A stretch of DNA of 64,000 nt from Octopus sinensis (lineage: Eukaryota): positions 7,874,001-7,938,000 of the forward strand of contig NC_043004.1 in assembly GCF_006345805.1 (NCBI RefSeq). The letters are read 5' to 3'. The position numbers were made by a program, and so were the translations under genes. A model generated the notes under the pieces. It had not been told where the DNA came from. It worked only from the letters and a program-made list of their open reading frames with translations, and made no database searches. Below, piece by piece: positions 50,649 to 62,900 of this stretch (within the stretch, counting starts at the first letter, position 1; every line of letters begins with the position of its first letter).

Positions 50649-51650
50649 CAGGTCACTTTCGAGTGCTACTGGTAACATGTAACCCAGTACAACCTGATAT
50701 ATGGTCGGGTCGTCGGCGACTAAACCGGTAACCCCACCAAGTTTGCTTGGTGAGGAGGGTGTTTATTGGACACCCTGCGGGATGAAAAACAAAACTCGTC
50801 AAAGGGTGGAGAAACTCTTGAGAGTTAACGGCCATCCAATAAATGTGTAATTTGTTTTTCTTAAGGCTTAAGGCTGAATCATGCGCGGGGAAATAATCGG
50901 ACTGAATACCCGATCGCGTGTTTAAACCATTGGAAGTGAAGGACTCCTAGCCCTTGTTAGGCATCCTTCTAGGAGAAGGTAACTGGGATAACTCCGACAT
51001 AAAACCTGCGCCTCATGTATGTGTGTGTATGTATGTATTGTATGGATGTATGTGTGTGTGCAGGTGCGGTGTATGTGCATGTCTGTATTATGTGTGTGTG
51101 TATGTATGCATATATATGTGTGTGTATGTATGTATGTGTGTATGTATGTATGAGTGTGTGTGTATGTATGTATGTATGTATGTATATATGTGTATGTGTG
51201 TATGCATGCATACATGTATGTGTTTGTGCATGCGTAAAGATATGTATATACGTATGTATATGCATGTATGTATGTGTGTCTATGAGTGTGTGTATGTATG
51301 TGTATGAATGTATATGTGTGTATGTATGTATGTGTTTATGTGTGTGTGTGCATATATGCGTTTATGTGTATGTATGTGTACATGTATGCATGCATTTATG
51401 TATGTCTTGATGTATGTATGCATGTGTTTATACGTGTGTGCATGTATACATGTATGGGTTTATGTGTATATGCAAGTATGCCTCAATGTATGAGTGTGTA
51501 TGTTTTGATGTATGTAACTTAGACATATTTCCATCTGAGATTGGCCCAAGTCATGTTTAACTTAAAAGCTACACCTGATAGGATGTGTTAAGGGATTACG
51601 AAGGGACCCATGTCGGTGGCGCATAAAGGGCACCTTCAGAACACTGGATG

Positions 51651-51770
51651 CTTTAAGGCCCTCATGCTTTCCGAAATCCGCCGAAACTACACCTGATTAT
51701 ATATACACTTTTGATGAGTTGTAGTGCACCTGAGCACTGTACACAATTATTATTATTATTATTATTATTG
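51651..51770 (+). mobile_element. CR1/L2-type LINE 3-prime tail fragment
   Basis: ctttaaggccctcatgctttccgaaatccgccgaaactacacctg...acacaattattatt is nearly identical to ~9640-9745. Confidence 0.8.
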
Positions 51771-52353
51771 TTAGGCCCCATCGAGCAATGTGGCTGAGTT
51801 CCTTTCGGGCCCTGGACCTCACCGAGGCGGGTTCGTCTCGAGTGCTGGGCTACTCACTCGGATGCAATAACCGAGACCTTTCGCATTATGTTGTGCTTGA
51901 GCGGAAGATGAGAATGATGATGATGTTTTATATATAAATGTACAAACGTATACGTGTGTATGTGTGTGTATTGAGTTTGTCCCTCACAGGAGACCGAAAA
52001 CCGGTGTTTGTTTGTTTAGGAAAATACTTAACATCAGAAGATTAAAGAAGAGACCCCCTACTGAAATCGGAAGAGGATTGCCAGGTTTGGCAGTTAAACA
52101 CACTCCACGAAATAAAAAAAAAAAAGACGAAAGACAGAAAATTGTAACACGTGGTGAATAAAGAAAGGCCTAACGGTCAAAATTTAACCGCCAAAAACAA
52201 AAGAATACGTGACAGCTGATGGTCAAGAGTATCCAAGTGGGACCACTGCATCGATAGCAACGGAAACGCATTAGAATCGATGCATATAAGAATAGAAGCT
52301 CCGTATACACACACACACATTTATATACATATATACACACACTCATATATATA

Positions 52354-52421
<68 letters not shown>

Positions 52422-53393
52422 GATAGATATGTGGGTGGGTGTGTCTATGAATATACGTGTTTATGGATGTATACATAGATGTATGTTCAAATACGCCCGC
52501 ATATATACGTCTATGTTATGGGGTTTGTTAGATGGAAGTGTAGCTGGACGTCGGGCTTCGAGGAAACTGTGAGGAGATGAAGAGAAATGAAACAGCAGAA
52601 TTATCCATTGCCCTCCTATGATATCTGTCCGGGAATAGGAAGATAGACAACCGCAGTATGGAGGACAGGGAATTTGAATAGAGAAAAAAGACCAGTCGAC
52701 ATGTTGGAGTAAGAAAACATTAAGTAAAAGAAAGAATTTAAGAAAAATAACTGAAAATATAACGAAATAAACGAAATAAAGATCTAGTTTAAAGAGTTTA
52801 TTATTACAATATTTATAAACGCCTGTGTTGATATAAATCGCTTCTGCACAGGTGAATTCAATATTTTAAAAATCATTTCTGGATAAGGTTTTAAGGATGT
52901 AGGCAGTCGATCTTCAACCTAACCAAGAAAGCCGTTTCTATTGCTTTTTCAACCTGTTGACAGTCTCAACGTCTGTAATGAGGGCAGGATTTGAAATGAA
53001 AATACACTGAGACGGAATAGCTGCCGTAAGTCATCTTCTTTAGAATCACTCAAGCTATTGAGATGGTCAGCTGCTCGGAGATGAATCGTTATTTATGGAC
53101 TGTGAAAGAATGAAAAGCAAAGTTGATCTCGGCGGAGATTCAAATCAAAACGCAGACAGTCGGTATAAATTCTGCGAGACATTGTAAGGGGTTTATTAAT
53201 TCGAGCTTAACACCTTGATACTTGTATAATAACGAAGACTTATGAATAAAGAATAGAAATTAATGAAATAAATGAGGAGAAAAAAGATTTTGAAATTTAA
53301 AAAAAATCATTTATTCTATAATACAAAAGTTTATGACGAATTAAATGTAAAGAAATGTTAGTTGTAAATCTGAATGGTTAAAAATAAAAGTAA

Positions 53394-53492
53394 AAAACTC
53401 ACGTTAATTTCAAATATAGAAAAAATAAAACTCACGTTAATTACAAATATAGAAAAAATAAAACTCACGTTAATTACAAATATAGAAAAAAA
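53394..53492. repeat. 33-bp tandem repeat x3 in the 3-prime UTR of copy C only
   Basis: aaaactcacgttaatt(t/a)caaatatagaaaaaat three times. A and B have a single shorter, different segment here. Confidence 0.9.
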
Positions 53493-53885
53493 CAGGAGTA
53501 AAAATTAAGAGTCGTATAAAAATAGATGAAATATAATAAAAATGAATGAGACGTCGATTGAGATGATATAGTGTTTGTATGTAGAGGAATGTGAGTGTAG
53601 AACATTGAGAATTAAAGAGAAATGTTTCCATGTTCAACTGTGTAAAGTTAATATGAATAAAATACATGTGAACTGTTGCAATAAAGAACAGTGAGAAATT
53701 GATGTCTATTTACATTTTATATACATTAAAACACACCTGAATGTAGCAGCAGGTTGTGTTACATATGCCCAGCCATAGAGAATAAGTTCAATTCTTACTT
53801 TACTATGTAGGAAAGAGTATGGACTTCGCTCACTATTATCATTTGTTAGGTTTTCTGTGTAATTTCTATAGAGTGTAGAAATATG

Positions 53886-54803
53886 TTAGTCAGTTTTCAG
53901 CGCGTTGTCCGTGTTACTTGGCGACACGGATTTGTTTAAAAAGGGAAACTGTTTCTTGAAATTTGTGTCTGTGTTGTGAAGTACCTCAAGGAAATCAACC
54001 ACTAATTCATCCAATAATTGTTCATTGAGAGAAGTGTCCATATAAAAATGCCATGGATTTTGTTGGGAAGACAACGGAATCTTCCAGTTACCCCATTCAA
54101 TAAACAAATATATACAGATAGATGCGATAGTTTTTGCTGTATATTTGAGAGAGAACTTCGTTAAAATCAGACAGCATGTAGCAAACTGGTTAATTATTTT
54201 CACTAATTTATCTTCAAGTTTGATTATGTTACATACTTTGATAATATGAGATTGGGGTAGTGTAATGCGAAAATCGAAGTTTAAACAAACTAAAAGGGCT
54301 TCTTCATAAAGGAAAAAGTCTTTGGCTATCCGATTAATGGTAGTTTTGTTTTTTTCTAAATGTAGATATTGTTGGAAATATGTTTGACTTTCGACAATCA
54401 CTTGCTCAACAGCAAGCAATTTATCATCGAATTTAGCAGCGAAAAACAAACACACGGGTCCCATGAGTTTATAACTAAACTGGTGGAAGGAGTTATACAT
54501 ATAGAATCGGTGCATATAAACTACGGCAATGTTTAGTATATATTCGCTTAACATCAATCGTCGGTTAATGTATAACATAAACATACCTGTTTTCTGACGA
54601 TAAAGTAATTCGTTTTCATAGGTAAAGTTATCAGGTTGATATTTTCGCTTGAAAATCTCAACAATTTGTTCTTCGCTGAAAATCCAGTCTGTTTTTCGTG
54701 GCGCATTTCCATTGGAGCTTTCAGGTAAATCATTCATCGGAGTTTCATTAGTTTGTTGATTATCAGCAATTTCCACCTGTAAGGAATTCTCAGTATTCGC
54801 CAT
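53886..54803 (-). CDS. CCNT: Cyclin T-like protein, copy C: intronless, 305 aa (308 aa if the upstream ATG at 54812 is used)
   Basis: Open frame. Differs from copy A at 6 sites (Q81R, G198D, H232Y, D281N, plus 2 synonymous). Has an extra in-frame ATG giving an MDQ extension. Confidence 0.93.
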   Translation of the reverse strand: MANTENSLQVEIADNQQTNETPMNDLPESSNGNAPRKTDWIFSEEQIVEIFKRKYQPDNFTYENELLYRQKTGMFMLYINRRLMLSEYILNIAVVYMHRFYMYNSFHQFSYKLMGPVCLFFAAKFDDKLLAVEQVIVESQTYFQQYLHLEKNKTTINRIAKDFFLYEEALLVCLNFDFRITLPQSHIIKVCNIIKLEDKLVKIINQFATCCLILTKFSLKYTAKTIASICIYLFIEWGNWKIPLSSQQNPWHFYMDTSLNEQLLDELVVDFLEVLHNTDTNFKKQFPFLNKSVSPSNTDNALKTD

Positions 54804-57414
54804 TTGATCCATTTAAAAATAAATCTCGTTCTTTATCTCTTTTTCAGTTAATCGATAAAGTTTCGGCTGTTTGGTGTCTGAAATCAGTATTTTCTTGGAG
54901 AATTCGGTTGGAAAAATTGTTTTCGTGGTCAGTGTGTGTTGGCGAAGCGGTAGCAGCGGGAGGAAAAACTTCACTGTCCCCTGTCACGGACCCTCTTTCT
55001 TATATATACCCCAACAGGTGTCGCCTGCCGAAAGGGGCGAGCGGAAGTGGATCCCGGGAATCTAGCCTAATTAAAGATGCGTCATAAACGCCGATGGAGT
55101 GTAAACTTACCTCCAAGTAAAATAGTCTTTTAATTGAATTCATAGAAGATAGAAATTTATAAATTGAAGCTCACCACATCTATATTAGCAAAAGCAGAAC
55201 AGATTTATAAAATATTTTAAAATTATACTTTCATTAATTTTGTTATATTTGTATTTTAACATGTATATTAAACCTTTTTCTGAATATCGACAATTAACTG
55301 CTAATTTTTTTTATTTAAATGTTTAACATTACTTTGTCACGCATAACATATGGGGATTTGCCGTTTAAGTATAAAAATAAAAATAACTTAAAATATATCT
55401 GCTTCGTATTTTGCTTCATACAAACAAAAATACATATCGTTGAAATCTGTTTGCTTTTCCAACATAAATAAACAACTATAAAAAAGTTGTTTATGTAAAC
55501 GACTTAACCACGACTTTGTACACAAACACACAGAGAAAGACTAACAGCTACGCATGTGACGAATCGCTTTTAATGAAAATCACTTTTATTGTGAAAAAGA
55601 ACCAGGAGAACTTATAAAAATGCATATTTTTAAATTGTCTGAAAATTTTCAAACTTGGTATATTAATGAATTTTCTCACACTGAATTTGGTGTTGTTATT
55701 CAATTGTTGCAGAAAAATTTGAGAAGCATGTTATAGAGGCTTAAAGGTTGATTATTTTCATCGAATAATGAAGTAGGATTTGAAAAGCCGGCATTTTCTG
55801 CGTGATAGCTGTGCATAGCAACATGACAATGTTAGACAAAACATTACGACGACGTCGACAGAAGTTTTAATAAGTTTTACTTTTGAATATAATCTCTACA
55901 GATTTATGAGAGACCGTCTCCCTACGTGTCATTAATAAATTTTAATGAATGAAATCATGCGAAATGTTGTAAGAGGCATATAAAGAATATAAAAAGGCCA
56001 AATGGTGAGTGAGGTGGTGACAGGACAACAACAGACGTGTAAAGTAGACGTGTTTGGAAAGCAGACACTACCTCGACTTGTTACCATGGAAACTAGCACC
56101 GATGTGTTTGTGGTTTTCGATTGGCTAAAATTACTCAAAAATTTACAAATTTTAAATGCTATTAACATTATATTTATTTTTTTATGGCGAAAAGGAATTT
56201 CGTTTCTATAATTAGCATAGAAAACGTACATCAATACACAGAAATTGCAATGAATTGGACGAAAATTAAACGAAATGAAAATTGTGAGTGAAAAGATCCA
56301 TAAAAAGTATGTTGCAAATGGAAACTGTATTATCGAATGTGTCGTTGCGAAGCGTCAGGATACTCTGATGTAGTTGTTGAATGGCCAAAGGCTTTCCAGG
56401 TACGACGACCTAGCAGAATGCAGCTGGGAGTGGACTATACAATGTCTGGTTTTATTTGTAAGACGGGAGGTTTTGAGCTGCTGAGGGACGATTGGCTATT
56501 GCCTGTTTAGATGACAATGGAAATTTAGACGAAATATTGTGTGATGTCTGGTGTCTGACTGGTCTTGTTTGGTTTTCTATTTCTTATGTGTAGAAAATAG
56601 CACATAAGGCTCAATCGAGGGCGATTGTCTTGTGATGTCCACGAAGGGCTATTATTGTATTCTGTTGCTCTAATTAATATTAATGATAATTTCTAGTAAA
56701 ACAGTCTACTATTTATGCTTCTCAGCATTACAAGGATGAACGGCAAATATGGGCCTTGACGTATTTGAACGCAGAACATAACTATATGCCAGCGTCCATT
56801 TCGCTTGATACTCTTTCGATTGTTCATCTGGAGGGGAAAGCCCTGTAGTGCTCTTACGAAAGTTTGTCTCTTATGGACAGGAAGGATTGTCATGAGGTTT
56901 CTAAGCACTTGGAAGATTGATGAAAACTTGTGTATCCCTAAGGTTAGAGGTAGTAACCCGCTAACCACATAATTCCTGTCAGGAATATGACCGAACGTGA
57001 GCCAAAACCAAAATAATAATTACAATAATAATCCTTTCCTCAATAGGCACAAGGCCAGAAATTATTGGGGAGGGGGGAGGCATTCGATCACATCGACCCC
57101 AGTATGTAACTAGTACTTCATCGACTCCGAAAGGATGAACGGCAAAGTCGACCTCGGGGGCATTTGAACTGAGAACGTAGCGGCAGACGAAATACCTATT
57201 TCTTTACTACCCACAAGGGAATAAACACAGAGGGGACAAACAAGGACAGACAAACGGATTAAGTCGATTACATCGACCCCAGTGCGTAACTGGTCCTTAA
57301 TTTATCGACGCTGAGAGGATGAAAGGAAAAATCGACCTCGGCGGAATTTGAACTCAGAACGTAACGTCAGACGAAATACCGCTAAGCACTTAGTCCGGCA
57401 TATTAAAGATTCTA

Positions 57415-57465
<51 letters not shown>

Positions 57466-58397
57466 GGAAAAACTTGGTAAATCGCATTGTACTTACGTGA
57501 GGCGACGTGCTAGAAGCATCGTTAGCACGTCGGAGAAAATGCTGAATGGCCTTATATTCCGGCACATTATCTTCTCAGCTGAATGTCCCGTCCGGTCAGG
57601 TTTGATTTTTACCATTTTGTGATGAATAAAATACCAGAGAATTACTTTCCAATGGTGTAGTCGCTTTGTCTCTTGTCTCCTCAAAATCGCTGCTGGCCCT
57701 TAACCCTGCCACAAACCGGTGACTCGTTCAGGGCAAATGTTGTGATCTTATTTGCCAAGATAAAGGACTTGATGGCTTCTAGGTCTGAATCAGAAAATAT
57801 AAATTACATTCAGCACATTTTTCTATCATCATGTGTTTTCAAACTCACCAACTCTCGTTACTTTTAGTATTAACAATAATATGTGACTTTTAGTAATGTT
57901 TCCATTGTAAACACGCGTCACGTTGTGAAGAAATTCGGGGGAAAAGGATTATTTTTCTGTAATGCTGAAGCATGAAATTTAAAATGAAATTATTTAGGAA
58001 AATTACACATCTTAAAGTCATCCTGCATCAGTGAGACACAAGCACACACACACACACACACATGCAGAGGTACACGATGCGATTCTGTGAGCTTACACAC
58101 GTTTGTGAGCGGGTAGCGATTCAAGGGAAATAACTAATGCAGATGGTAATTATCGGTTATTTGTTACCTGCCCTTCGCTGTTTATTTGGTCGTATTTTAC
58201 CTTATTTTAAGAAAAAAAGTAATTAAAATAAAGGTTTTAGAATATATCTAAAGATATGTAAACTTTCTTTAAAAATGTGTTTTTTGGAATAAAGAAATCG
58301 CGTCATGTAATTCCACACCATTTTACGCCATTCTATAAAATGCTTATTTGTGTTCCATGCAATGTTGTTTAGAGTGATCTGTCTTGGATGCTCAAAG

Positions 58398-58920
58398 GTA
58401 TCTATATGTGTATGTGTATGTGTGTATGTACGTATGTGTGTGTATGTATGCGTGTGTATGTATGTATGTATGTGTGTGTTGGTGTATGTATGTATGTGTG
58501 CTTGTATGTATGTATGTATGTATGTGTGTGTGCGTGTGTGTTTGTATGTATGTATCTGTGTGCGTACGTGCGTATGTATGTATGTATGTGAGTGTGTGCG
58601 TATGTATGTATGTGAGTGTGTGCGTGTGCTTGTATGTATTTATGTATGTATGTATGTGTGTGCGCGTTTGTTTGTATGTATGTATGTATGTACATATGTG
58701 TGTGTGTATGTATGTATGTATGTATGTATGTATGTGTTTATGTATGTATGTATGTGAGTGTGTGTGTATGTATGTGAGTGTGTGTGTATGTATGTATGTA
58801 TATGAGTGTGTGCGTGTGTATGTATGTGCGCGTGTTTGTATGTATGTATGTATGTATGTAAGTATGTGTGTGTATATATTTGTGTGTATGTATGTGTGTG
58901 TGTATGTGCATGTCTGTCTG
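58398..58920. repeat. Compound TG/TATG microsatellite, unit C, ending at the C/D junction
   Basis: Direct reading. About half the length of the A block. Confidence 0.95.
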
Positions 58921-59887
58921 TCTTGCAAATTGTTGGTCCTTGTGGTAAAGTTAGGGATCTTCTTCTTCTTCTTCTTAACTGGTTGATTATCAGAATTGTT
59001 GGACAATTGCTTTGCAGTATTCGTTCTGGCTCTGATTCGGAGTTCAAGTGTTGCTATGGTAAGCTTTGTGTTATTCTTCTGGAGCTGATAAACTAACATA
59101 CCAGTCATACGCTGGTTTAGATGATATAAATGACAGTTTGCTCCTACCAAATTCCTGGTGGCAGATTGGTAGAATCAGCAGAGCAATGGGCCAAATGTCT
59201 TGCAGTTGTTGTTCTGACCTCTTACTTTTCTCCAAGTGTTAACTTTGCCTTTCACCATTCCAGGCTTTTATAATATTATGAAACGGTCGAGTACTGAGGG
59301 CAAGGATTTAATCAATGAACTCCCTTTTCATAAATCTCTAGCCTTGTGCCTGTCTTAGGAACCATTAATAAGGTGGTGAGCTGTCAGAATCGTTATTGGA
59401 CAAAATGCTTAGCGGCATTCAGATTCTGTCAAGTTTGATTTTACTTTTAATCCTTTCAGAATTGATCAAATAAGTACCAGTCATGCACTGGGGTCGATGT
59501 AATTGACTATCCCCCTTCCTGCAAATTTTCAGGCCTTGTACCTATTATAGAAAGGATTATTATCATGGGATGCCTTGTGGTATTTAGTTTATATTTTGTG
59601 TCCCCTCCCCAAGGGTCATCTTTCACTTTTGTCTCTCTCGAGTCAATAGGAATAAAAATACCAGTTATGTTTTGGGATCAATCTAATTGACCCTGCCTCT
59701 CCCCCCCAAAAAAACTTTTTGGCTTTCTGCCAATATTAGTTGTTTTATTTTTTTTTCTTAGGCTGCTTTTTTTGCTGTTACAGAAACATTGATTTTCTCC
59801 TTCACTATAAGACAATTGTGGTTTTTTTAATAATTTATTTCTGTGTGGGATCTAGATTTCAACAATCTCATTTTTATATGTTAAAGC

Positions 59888-59923
<36 letters not shown>

Positions 59924-62900
59924 ACTTTGTTAATAGCCTTTTCAATTTTCTTGAAAAGTTATGTCATCTCAATGTTTCCATGTATATATGTGTGGCTATG
60001 TATGCGCGTGTGTGTGTGTATGTAATCACATATGTACATATCTATATATATATGTGTGTATGTATGCATTTACAGAATGTGTGTGTGTGAACTTAAGCTA
60101 AATTTCTTTCCATGTTTTTTTTTCTTCCATAACAATGTGTTTCTTTTTTTTCTTTTTGTTATGTTATAATAAAATATTTTTATTTCATTCCATGAAAAGC
60201 TAACAGTCCCTTTTATTGTGTGCAAAACTGAATTTCTTCCTTGAAAGGCTAAAAGTTGCCATAAATAAAAAAAAAAAAATAACTAGAGAAAGTATAAAAA
60301 AAATTAGACAAAAGACTAACAAGAAAAAAGAAATCCTGAACGTTTTACTAAAACTATTGATATTCATTGGAATATAGGTTTTATTTTCTTATCTTTGCTC
60401 CTAAATCTGGTCAGCTTTTGAAAGATTAGAAGTTGATTGCAAGAAATGTGAAAATCCATCAAGTGAAACTGACATGGCAGATTGAAAGAAAAAAAATTGA
60501 AGAAATTTTTGCATTACTCCTTCAACCTGTTTAATTAAAGAATTATTAAAAAGCATAGAAGCATTCTCTAGTTGTTTGTCACCAATATGTTGAGGGAAAA
60601 CTCGGCACTCGTGCACTAAGGTGAGTGAGCATTGATGTTAGACTGCTCTAACGAATGTCTGTTAATGATGTAACACTGACCAAATCTCTTTTCTCATTGT
60701 CAGAAGTATTGTCTATTCCTAATTATTTATTTACTCTTTCTCTCTCAAATGTGTCTGAAACGGTACCAATCTATGAACCCTAAAGAAATCTCTGTTCACT
60801 GAATTTATGATAAACCCTTTAGCATTTCAGATTCCGCTGTCAAATGTAATGTTTATCAGTTCATATTGTTTTGAATTAATCCTGCATTATCTCTTAGCTT
60901 TTAGATTTCGATGATGTGATTGTTTATTTTTAGAACGGCATTGTAGGATAGATGTGAGAGGCTGGATCTGGCCAATTTGAACAGGAAAACAAGTGGAATA
61001 TTTGAGCCTGGTATGGCCTGTTTAAATGCTGAGCATTGTATTGTGTGAGCGTGCACCCATTTACATGTGTGTGTGTGTGTGTGTGCTGAAAGTGAACTGG
61101 GCTTTGCTCTACTTTCTCAATCTTTAAAGTCTAGGGAGGCCATCTTACCATCGTTCCATCATTGAGAATACTTGTGAGATATAGCTTGGATAAATTGAAA
61201 TTACTTCAAAGCCTTGGTTGACAACAGTTTCTCTTCTTTTAAAAAGAAAATTCATTCTGTTGAAGCATCTCTGTTTGTATATTGTAGCAAGAATCCCATT
61301 ATTCTATAAATTATAAGGGGTGGCGTGAACTGACAGAATGGTTGGAATGCTGGAAACAATAGAGCTTAGCAGCATTCTCTCTGGCTTTCAAACTCTGTGT
61401 TCAAATGTTACTGAGCTCAACTTTACCTTTCATCCCTACCTGCAGTCACTAAAATATGTACCAGTTGAGCATGGGGTGGTGATGTAAACAACTACCCCCC
61501 CTCCCCAGTCCACCCTAATTTCAGGCCTTGTGCCTCTAGCAGACAATTATTACTATAACTTATAATGGTAGAAGCTTCATTATCAAATATTGTATTGGTA
61601 ACAATGAGAGTCTGTTTAAATGATAATTTGAATATTTAACGAGAACAAGTTTTATAGTCACACCTGTGATAGGTAAATACAGAAAATGAAATAGCAACAG
61701 CATTAGATATTGATTGTTATATGATGAGGCCGGGCATGTTCCTCTTCAGAATATTGGCTTGAATCCAGCTTGGAGGACAACTTCCATTTTTATGTCTTTG
61801 AATTTTATTTTGAGAGAAGAACCAATTCATTGTGTCCAATATTTCACTATCTTTCTGTCATCTTTCAGCTCATTTTCCATCTTTTTACCTGTCTGTATGA
61901 TATTTAAAAAAAAAATTAAATTAAAAAGGCCAAAAAAAAATGACAGAAGGCAGCTTTTGTTTTGAAAGAAAGCTGTAATTTCTATAACTGGAAGTGGAAC
62001 AAACTTTGATGTGAAGAGGAGGTGGAGGTGGGGAAATGAAAATGTGATAAAAAATGTTTTCTATGGAATCAGTTTTAATGTGAATTATACCAAGAGATAT
62101 TTCGGAATATTTCAGAAGGATTGGATTATTTTCTTGGAACCTTAAAAAAAGATCTTCATTTGGAGGTCTTTGATTTGCCATTCTTTGTCAGAATTTATCA
62201 CAACTGAATTATAAAACAAGGATAATGAAAAATCATTTTGATTTTTGATTTGATGTTGAAAAGCGATGAACTTTTGGAGACTGTAAAACCATTTAACCAT
62301 TCTCGTTTGTGAATTATATTTTGTCAGTTGATGACGTTTGTTATTCCTGTCTAATATCAAATCATGTCTGCATTTTTTTACCATTTTCTGTGTGAAAAGA
62401 ATCTGTCTATAATTTTTTGTTGATGTAGGTTGGATAGGTCTGCAATGATTAGGATACACTTTAGCAGCTGGGTATCAGAATTTGTGTCATTAACTATATT
62501 ATGATGTGAGTTTATTTATTTTATTTCTAAAATTTTCATTAATTTTGTGATGAATAACACTTTCTACTCAAGCACACAATGCCAGAACTGTGAGAGGGTT
62601 TTAGAGAGAAAGAGTCTCCACCCCCTTAATTGCTAATGAAAGGACACCCCTAAAATATCTGCTCCATAACATAACGACCAATTCCACTTCAATCAGCATG
62701 GAACTATTAACCATTCTTTCTTGTTTCGTTAAGTTCTTATTAATTATGGTTTTTACTTTTCAATCGGAAGAAGACAAAGAAAAAAAAATGTAGGTTTTGT
62801 GGTATTCAATGTGAAATATTGTCTCGTAGTGGTTTTGTTTAACATGTTTAGTTGTACATTTTGTTTGCCTGACTTGAGGGACCACCTTGGTAGAACGACA

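Larger units (their letters stand above)
36436..50650 (+). repeat. Segmental duplication unit B
   Basis: Colinear with A 21065-~34950, about 98% identical over most of its length (visual estimate), with many small indels. Confidence 0.92.
53195..58920 (+). repeat. Segmental duplication unit C (left-truncated, ~5.7 kb)
   Basis: Homology to A starts at attaattcg(a/c)gctta (53195 matches A 29102) and runs into the microsatellite. Confidence 0.92.
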
